A stretch of DNA of 60,740 bases. Source: Octopus bimaculoides. Lineage: Eukaryota. The stretch covers positions 48,117,117-48,177,856 of the forward strand of contig NC_068999.1 of the NCBI RefSeq assembly GCF_001194135.2. The letters run 5' to 3'. The position numbers and the translations under genes were made by a program. How positions within the stretch are numbered: the first letter of the stretch is position 1; every line of letters starts with the position of its first letter. Below are positions 53,622 to 60,740 of this stretch, in pieces. The notes beneath the pieces are model-generated. The model was not told where the DNA came from. It searched no databases and saw nothing but the letters and a program-made list of their open reading frames with translations.

Positions 53622-54879
53622 TTAGGTTGTCAAGGAAGTTCTTGCGGGATTTTTAATTTTGGTTTCAAAAGTATTTTCAAATTAATTTTCGTTAAAATAC
53701 TTTGACTTTATATATCATTTTAAAGCCCGTTTTTCGCTCTATCTAATTGTGTTACTCTTCTTCTTTTTGAATTAGGCCATTTTTTCCCCATATGTTGAAT
53801 ACAACATGGACAAAAAGCAAATTCACACAATTTTCTTATTCTATTTCAAGCTAGGCTGAAAAGCTGCTGAAACAGTTCACAATATCAACGATGTGTTTGG
53901 CCCAGGAACCACTAATGGTGGTTCAAGAAATCTTGTAGTGGTGACGAGAATCTTGAAGATGATAAGTGTAGTGGTCGGCCATCAGATGTTGACATCGATC
54001 AACTAAGAGCCTTAGTGACAGCCAATCCACACACAACTGTTCGAGAGCTTGCTTCTGAATTAGACGTAACACATATGACAATTTCCAACCACTTGAAAGA
54101 GATTTGAAAAACAAAAATTGTTGAGAAATGGGTGTCACATGAATTGAATGCCAACCAAAAGAAACGCTGTTTTGAAGTGTCGTCTTCCCTTCTTTTACAC
54201 AACAAGAACGACCCGTTTCTGGACCAGATTGTGACTTGTGATGAAAAATGGATTCTTTACGACAACTGGCGACACTCAGCTCAGTGGTTGGACATCGCTG
54301 AAGCTCCACAGCACTCCCTGAAGCCAAATTTGCATCAAAAGAAGATCATGGTGACTGGTGGTGTGTGGTTGGTCTCATCCATCATAGCTCTTTGGATCCA
54401 GGCAAAACCATTTCGGTGGAGAAGTACTGTCAGCAAATGGATGAAATGCATAAGAAACTCTGACAACAGCCAGCATTGGTCAATAGAAAAGGACCAATTC
54501 TTCTCCATGACAATGTTCGGCTGCATGTTGCACAACTAACCCTGCAGAAGTTGAACAAATAGGGTTACAAAACTCCACCTCATCCGCTATACTCACCAGA
54601 CCTCTCGCCTACCGACTACCGCTTTTTCAAGCATCTCGACAACTTCCTGTATGAGAAATGCTTCAAAAACCAAGAGGATGCCAAACATGCCTTCAACGAC
54701 TTCATTGCCACCAGAACACAGGATTTTTATGCTACTGGCATAAATAAACTTGTTTCACGTTGGTAAAAGTGTGTTGATTCTGATGGTGTTTATTTCGATT
54801 AATAAAGTTTTGTTTGAGCTGAGATATGTGCATCTGAATTTAAAGGTTAAAAACTGCAAGAACTTTCTTGACAACCTAA
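53622..54879 (+). mobile_element. Near-full-length defective mariner (transposase pseudogene 53806-54802)
   Basis: TA|TTAGGTTGTCAAG...CTTGACAACCTAA|TA, 26-bp TIR with 2 mismatches; WVSHEL, VTCDEKW, YSPDLSPTDY; stops and frameshifts. Confidence 0.95.
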
Positions 54880-55319
54880 TATTTCAAAATTTTTTTTCTT
54901 TTTTCTTACTGAAAAGGCTTCTCCCATCGTTTTAAGTGCATACTACAAAACAAATTGGCCAAGATCAGTCCAGATGAGAGTAAGATGGAGAAGGGAGGGA
55001 GGTGAGAAAAAAATTAAAGCATTCTTTCAGTCTACCCCTGAAGACAGAAAGTGAATGAGAGGAGAAAGTGAAAGGTGTCTGTATCTGTATATAAAATGGA
55101 CGTTTGTGTGAGTGTGTGTGTGTGTGAGAGAGAGAGTGAAGGTGTGTGTTGTCATGTATGTATCAAGTTGAGTAAATAGTAAACAACGTTTTGAATCATG
55201 AAGAATTTGTACCAGAGTTTTGAGGTTTTTTTACACATTTTTTTTGCAACTGCCTGATAATACAGACATAGACATGCCCAAATGCATCAGTAAATTAACA
55301 TTGGTATTTTTTTCACTGT

Positions 55320-55610
55320 TATTACAATCAGCTGAGCAATTTTGCTATTCAACTTCAAAAAAGGACGTAATGCAGCTGAAAATGCTCATGATATCAACAA
55401 AACATTTGGTGAGGAAATGACCAATGAGTGGTCAGCTCTTAAAATGGTTTAAACAATTTTGCAGTGGCGACCTCAGCCTTGAAGATTGTGAGTGCAATGG
55501 ACGCCCATCTGTTATTGATGAAGGTCAGTTAAAGGCTGTCATTGCAAAAGATCCATGTAAAACCATTCAAGAACTGGCACAAGAACTTCACTTTATCACC
55601 ACTGACCAGC
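55320..55610 (+). mobile_element. Older mariner transposase N-terminal fragment
   Basis: ILLFNFKKGRNAAE...KWFKQFCSGDLSLED...GRPSVIDE...TIQELAQEL. Confidence 0.8.
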
Positions 55611-55970
55611 TGTCTGCTGTATCAAATATTTTGACCTCTATTAATTCCTTTGGGAATTCTTTGACCAACTGCTTTGCTTAATTGTTTTATTTGTTTTTTA
55701 AATCTTTATTCTTTCTCTAAGACTTAAGATATTTTCTTTGAAACCAAAGTATTTTTCACTTCCTACCCCTGTATATGGTTGCCATCGGGCAAGTTGGCAA
55801 CCTGACCAATCCGCCACTGTATGCATACATACATACATACACACACACACACATACATACATACATACATACATACATACACACATACATACACATATAC
55901 ATGCACAAACAAATGCGGTTGAAGACATTCTTGCATAAATTTGTATACACTTTGTTTAATATCTATTCAG

Positions 55971-56069
55971 GAGTATGGAATTAATTCTGCTGAGTACCAT
56001 TATGCTGATACAATTAGAGGAGAAAATAGCATCCATGAACTACATTTTGGAATTGCCTGTGAAAATCTA
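55971..56069 (+). CDS. Probable receptor exon 16: cytoplasmic (EYGINSAEYHYADTIRGENSIHELHFGIACENL)
   Basis: tctattcag acceptor, CTA|GTAAGT donor, 99 nt, phase 0-0; a second frame is also open and an intervening exon cannot be excluded. Confidence 0.55.
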
Positions 56070-56270
56070 GTAAGTTTTTTTGAAATACTTAATCTGTAAC
56101 TGAGATTGGAATCTTTCCATTTTCATTAATATGCAATTAGTTGGAGAGAGATGGTATGTGTTTATAGCATGCATACAGGCACAGCCATAGCTGTGTGGTA
56201 AAAAAAGTCACTTTGTAACCACATGGCGTCAGGTTCAGTCCCACTGTGTGGAAGCCCATATATGTATATA

Positions 56271-56321
<51 letters not shown>

Positions 56322-56438
56322 NNNNNNNNNNNNNNNNNNNNNNNNNNNNNNNNNNNNNNNNNNNNNNNNNNNNNNNNNNNNNNNNNNNNNNNNNNNNNNN
56401 NNNNNNNNNNNNNNNNNNNNNNNNNNNNNNNNNNNNNN

Positions 56439-56493
<55 letters not shown>

Positions 56494-56500
56494 GTATGTA

Positions 56501-56719
56501 TATTACTGGTGAAGGCCTGTTTATAAAGTTACCCTGGATTTCTTGCTATAAAGAGTATCTTTATGGCGTATCATCAGACAATAAGACTTGTTGGCCTCTT
56601 TAAAGTACTCTGAAGAGGCCATAGGCCAACAAGTTTTAATGTCCGATGATATGCCAGAAAGATACTCTTTATAGCAAGAAATCCAGGGTAACTTTATAAA
56701 CAGGCCTTCACCAGTAATA
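56501..56719. repeat. Long palindrome (97-bp arms; outer 62 bp perfect), MITE-like with TA ends
   Basis: 56501-56562 is the exact reverse complement of 56658-56719; a further 35 bp pair with 5 mismatches. Confidence 0.9.
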
Positions 56720-57589
56720 AATATAGACTGCTCTACTTCTTAGAGTGTACTTCTCTGTTTTTATNNNNNNNNNNNNNNNNNNNNNNNNNNNNNNNNNNNN
56801 NNNNNNNNNNNNNNNNNNNNNNNNNNNNNNNNNNNNNNNNNNNNNNNNNNNNNNNNNNNNNNNNNNNNNNNNNNNNNNNNNNNNNNNNNNNNNNNNNNNN
56901 NNNNNNNNNNNNNNNNNNNNNNNNNNNNNNNNNNNNNNNNNNNNNNNNNNNNNNNNNNNNNNNNNNNNNNNNNNNNNNNNNNNNNNNNNNNNNNNNNNNN
57001 NNNNNNNNNNNNNNNNNNNNNNNNNNNNNNNNNNNNNNNNNNNNNNNNNNNNNNNNNNNNNNNNNNNNNNNNNNNNNNNNNNNNNNNNNNNNNNNNNNNN
57101 NNNNNNNNNNNNNNNNNNNNNNNNNNNNNNNNNNNNNNNNNNNNNNNNNNNNNNNNNNNNNNNNNNNNNNNNNNNNNNNNNNNNNNNNNNNNNNNNNNNN
57201 NNNNNNNNNNNNNNNNNNNNNNNNNNNNNNNNNNNNNNNNNNNNNNNNNNNNNNNNNNNNNNNNNNNNNNNNNNNNNNNNNNNNNNNNNNNNNNNNNNNN
57301 NNNNNNNNNNNNNNNNNNNNNNNNNNNNNNNNNNNNNNNNNNNNNNNNNNNNNNNNNNNNNNNNNNNNNNNNNNNNNNNNNNNNNNNNNNNNNNNNNNNN
57401 NNNNNNNNNNNNNNNNNNNNNNNNNNNNNNNNNNNNNNNNNNNNNNNNNNNNNNNNNNNNNNNNNNNNNNNNNNNNNNNNNNNNNNNNNNNNNNNNNNNN
57501 NNNNNNNNNNNNNNNNNNNNNNNNNNNNNNNNNNNNNNNNNNNNNNNNNNNNNNNNNNNNNNNNNNNNNNNNNNNNNNNNNNNNNNNNN

Positions 57590-57626
57590 TTAATGAAAAA
57601 TGTGGCCCCCGTTTTAAAAAAGATCC
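57590..57626. mobile_element. Second copy of the 37-bp TIR of the 19660-20217 MITE; rest probably in the gap
   Basis: Identical to 20181-20217, abutting N-run 56765-57589. Confidence 0.75.
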
Positions 57627-58314
57627 TTGTTTGGTAGTATATATATATATACACACACAGAAGGAGATACATGCACACACCTACACACACCACTCCGACA
57701 ATTACTAATCACATTCACACACACATATACAGATACACAGATACACACACAAACATGCAAATTCAACACAACCCACACAAACACACATGCAAATATGCAC
57801 ACTTATGTACACACACATACACACACACAAACACAATATGCCCATTTCCCAGTAGAAAATCACACACACTCAAAAAAAAAAACACAGAGATATACACACA
57901 ATACAATCACAACAAACCTTTCAAGGTTGCTTACAAAAGTACCAATTGAGTTGATGTAATCAAATTCTGCATCTTCTAAAAAGCTGCTGACCTTGTGCTA
58001 AAATTAGAAAAAAATATTATTATTTTTAATTTTTACAATTATAATTATTATTTTTATAATCAATATTATTTCCTCAGTTTCATGAAAGCAGAATAATTGT
58101 ATAGGAAAAAATTCATTACCACCTTCGTTGCACAGGTCAGTATGGTGCAAAGAATAGGAAAAAGAGCATGGACGACTGATAGAGGTTAATGCTTGTGATA
58201 AAGCATATGAATGATTGAATGATAGGGAGATAAGTCATAACAGAAATGAGAGAATATCAAAAAGGTAATGAGGGGACGAAGATGGAAGTTTAACAGGGTC
58301 ATATTGGATGAGAG

Positions 58315-58706
58315 GTGGAGGCGCAATGGCCCAGTGGTTAGGGCAGCGGACTCGCGGTCATAGGATCGCGGTTTCGATTCCCAGACCAGGCGTTGTGAGT
58401 GTTTATTGAGCGAAAACACCTAAAACTCCACGAGGTTCCAGCAGGGGATGGTGGCGAACCCTATTGTACTCTTTAACCACAACTTTCTCTCACTCTTACT
58501 TCCTGTTTCTGTTGTGCCTGTAATTCAAAGGGTCAGCCTTGTCACACTGTGTCGCGCTGAATATCCCCCAGAAGTACGTTAAGGGTACACGTGTCTGTGG
58601 AGTGCTCTGCCACATACACGTTAATTTCACGAGCAAGCTGTTCCGTTGATCGGATCAACTGGAACCCTCGACGTCGTAAGCGACAGAGTGCCAACAACAA
58701 CAACAA
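58315..58706 (+). mobile_element. SINE family B, full length, with (CAA)n tail
   Basis: A and B boxes; high identity to the other two copies. Confidence 0.9.
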
Positions 58707-58769
58707 TTTGATGAGAGATCTACGTATCTCTTAGTCCCCGTTCCTACTATGATGCTATCACTGGTTGGT

Positions 58770-59110
58770 CTCTCTCTCCAGCATTGTGCTTACAGGATGA
58801 CAAACGTCATGGTCAGTTATCATCTCCTTCGTGAGACTCAGTATTCTTAAGTCGGCCTTCACTTGATCCATCCCATTTCTTCTTAGGCATCCCTTTTCCA
58901 CTTTTAGGTACCTGGCACTACTTTATGCAGTTGTCATCCTCCGTATGCAATAAATACCCAGTACCTGAACAGCCTTCTCATTTGCACACTGTATCTGATT
59001 CCCCAAATACCCAGGTTTTCACTCTTCCCATTTGTATTCCATCGTTCATGTGCACTGACATTATGCATCCAGCAGAGCCTGCTTGCTTCATTTCTAGCCT
59101 TCAAGAATCC
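58770..59110 (-). mobile_element. Old RTE ORF2 remnant
   Basis: ARNEASRLCWMHNVS... is a diverged version of the 5017-5418 ORF. Confidence 0.6.
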
Positions 59111-59551
59111 TCGTCTAATCAGCTTAGCTATAACTCTTTCAATAAATTTTATAACCTCAGGGTCAATAAATTAAGTACCAGTTGTATACTGGAGTCGATC
59201 TAATCAACTGTCCCCCGCTCCCCAAAAATTTTGGGCCTTGTGCCTAGAGTACAAAAGAATGAATTTTATAACCTGGTCAGACTGAAAGTCTCTTTATTTC
59301 TCCCTCCTCCTCCTCCTCCTCTGCCTCCTCTCTTTCTCTCTCTCATGTGTTTCCTTTGTCCTTGTAGCTGCTGTGGGTTGACAATGATAATATTACAATA
59401 CCTTCCTGTCCTACTTGACTGACTATTCACATGATCAGCACATGACCTATTTTGCTCTCTCTCTCTCTCTCTCTCTCTATGTAAGTGTGTGTGTATTTAT
59501 ATATATATATCAGCTATATATATGTATATATGTAACTGATATTTATATATA

Positions 59552-60740
59552 CTGGGTTGTCAAGAAAGTTCCTGCGGAATTTTTAATTTTGGTTTTAAAT
59601 GATGTATTTTCAAATTAATTTTCGTTAAATTACTTTGAATTTATATATCATTTTAAAGCCCGTTTTTTGCTCTATCTAATTGTGTTACTCTTCTTCTTTT
59701 TGAATTATTAGGCCATTTTTTCCCATATGTTGAATACAACATGGACAAAAAGCAAATTCACACAATTTTCTTATTCCAGTTCAAGCTAGGCTAAAAAGCT
59801 GCTGAAACAGCTCACAATATCAATGATGCATTTGGCCCAGGAACCACTAATAGTGGTTCAAGAAATTTTGTAGCGTTGATGAGTGGTTGGCCATCGAATA
59901 TTGACAACGATCAACTAAGAGCCTTAGTGACAGCCAATCCACACACAACTGTTCGAGAGCTTGCTTCTGAATTAGACGTAACACATACAACAATTTCCAA
60001 CTGCTTGAAAGAGATTGGAAAAACAAAAATACTCGAGAATTGAACAACAACCAAAAATAATAACGCTGTTTTGAAGTGTCATCTTGCCTTATACGCAACA
60101 AGAATGACCTGTTTCTCGATCGGATTGTGACTTGCGATGAAAAGTGGATTCTTTACAACAACCGGCGACACTTAGCTCAGTGGTTGGATGCCGACAAAGC
60201 TCCACAGCAATTCCTGAAGCCAAAGTTGCACCAAAAGAAGATCATGGTGACTGGTGGTCTGTGGCTGGTCTTATCCAACACAGCTTTTTGGATCCAGGCG
60301 AAACCATTATGGCAAAGAAGTACTGTCAGTAAATGGATGAAATGCATGAGAAACTCCAACAACAACAGCCAGCATAGGTCAATAGAAAAGGACCAATTCT
60401 TCTCCACAACAACATTCGGCCACACATTGCACAACTGACCCTGCAGAAGTTGAACGAATTGGGCTACAAAACTCTGCCTCATCCGCCATACTCACCAGAC
60501 TCCTCGACAACTTCCTGCGTGAGAAATGCTTCAAAAACCAAGACGATGCCAAACACACCTTCAATGACTTCATCGCCACCAGAACACAGGATTTTTATGC
60601 TACTGGCATAAATAAACTTGTTTCGCGTTCGCAAGTGTGTTGATTCTGATAATGTTTCTTTTGATTAATAAAGTTTTGTTTGAGTCAAGATATGTGCATC
60701 TGAATTTAAAGGCTAAAACTGCAAGAACTTTCTTGATAAC
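59552..60740 (+). mobile_element. Second defective mariner, same family as 53622-54879; right TIR cut by the window end
   Basis: TA|CTGGGTTGTCAAGAAAGTT; ATG at 59741; RIVTCDEKWILY; ends ctgcaagaactttcttgataac. Confidence 0.92.

Noticed and set aside
55220-55300. LPDNTDIDMP as a missing Box1 exon
   Set aside because: It is preceded by tgcAA rather than AG, its exit phase is incompatible with 55971, and it lies just upstream of a mariner remnant.
56641-56670. Third CCGATGA...GAAA motif
   Set aside because: Stems I and II do not pair, so it is not counted as a hammerhead.
58078-58135. Further cytoplasmic exon candidates (FHESRIIV* or EKIHYHLRCT)
   Set aside because: One gives an immediate stop and the other has a poor pyrimidine tract; the 3' end may lie in the 56765-57589 gap or beyond the window.

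Overview
AT-rich eukaryotic genomic DNA with 12 N-gaps, dense microsatellites and many transposon remnants. The SINE/RTE families and TTAGGG motifs point to an octopus-like cephalopod (inference). The one well-supported gene is a + strand, multi-exon type I cytokine receptor of the 'tall' gp130/G-CSFR/Domeless architecture. I reconstructed it by hand from 15 phase-compatible GT-AG exons (25026-51989; 2076 nt = 692 codons, no stops), plus a probable 16th exon (55971-56069). The layout is signal peptide, Ig-like region, cytokine-receptor homology region, three more FN3 domains, TM and a cytoplasmic start. It keeps the vertebrate 1-2-1-0-1 intron-phase pattern, but its WSXWS, Cys and Box1 motifs are degenerate. 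The rest is repeats: RTE, CR1, Dong/R4-type and Penelope (GIY-YIG) retroelements, mariner/Tc1 remnants, several MITE/foldback elements (three carrying TTAGGG), a mini-Helitron and three tRNA-derived SINE families. The least expected observations are three minimal type I hammerhead-ribozyme folds (two unrelated copies share a non-canonical CCGAUGA core), an inverted SINE pair bracketing exactly one FN3 domain, and long intronic hairpins. No CRISPR, rRNA or true tRNA genes were seen.
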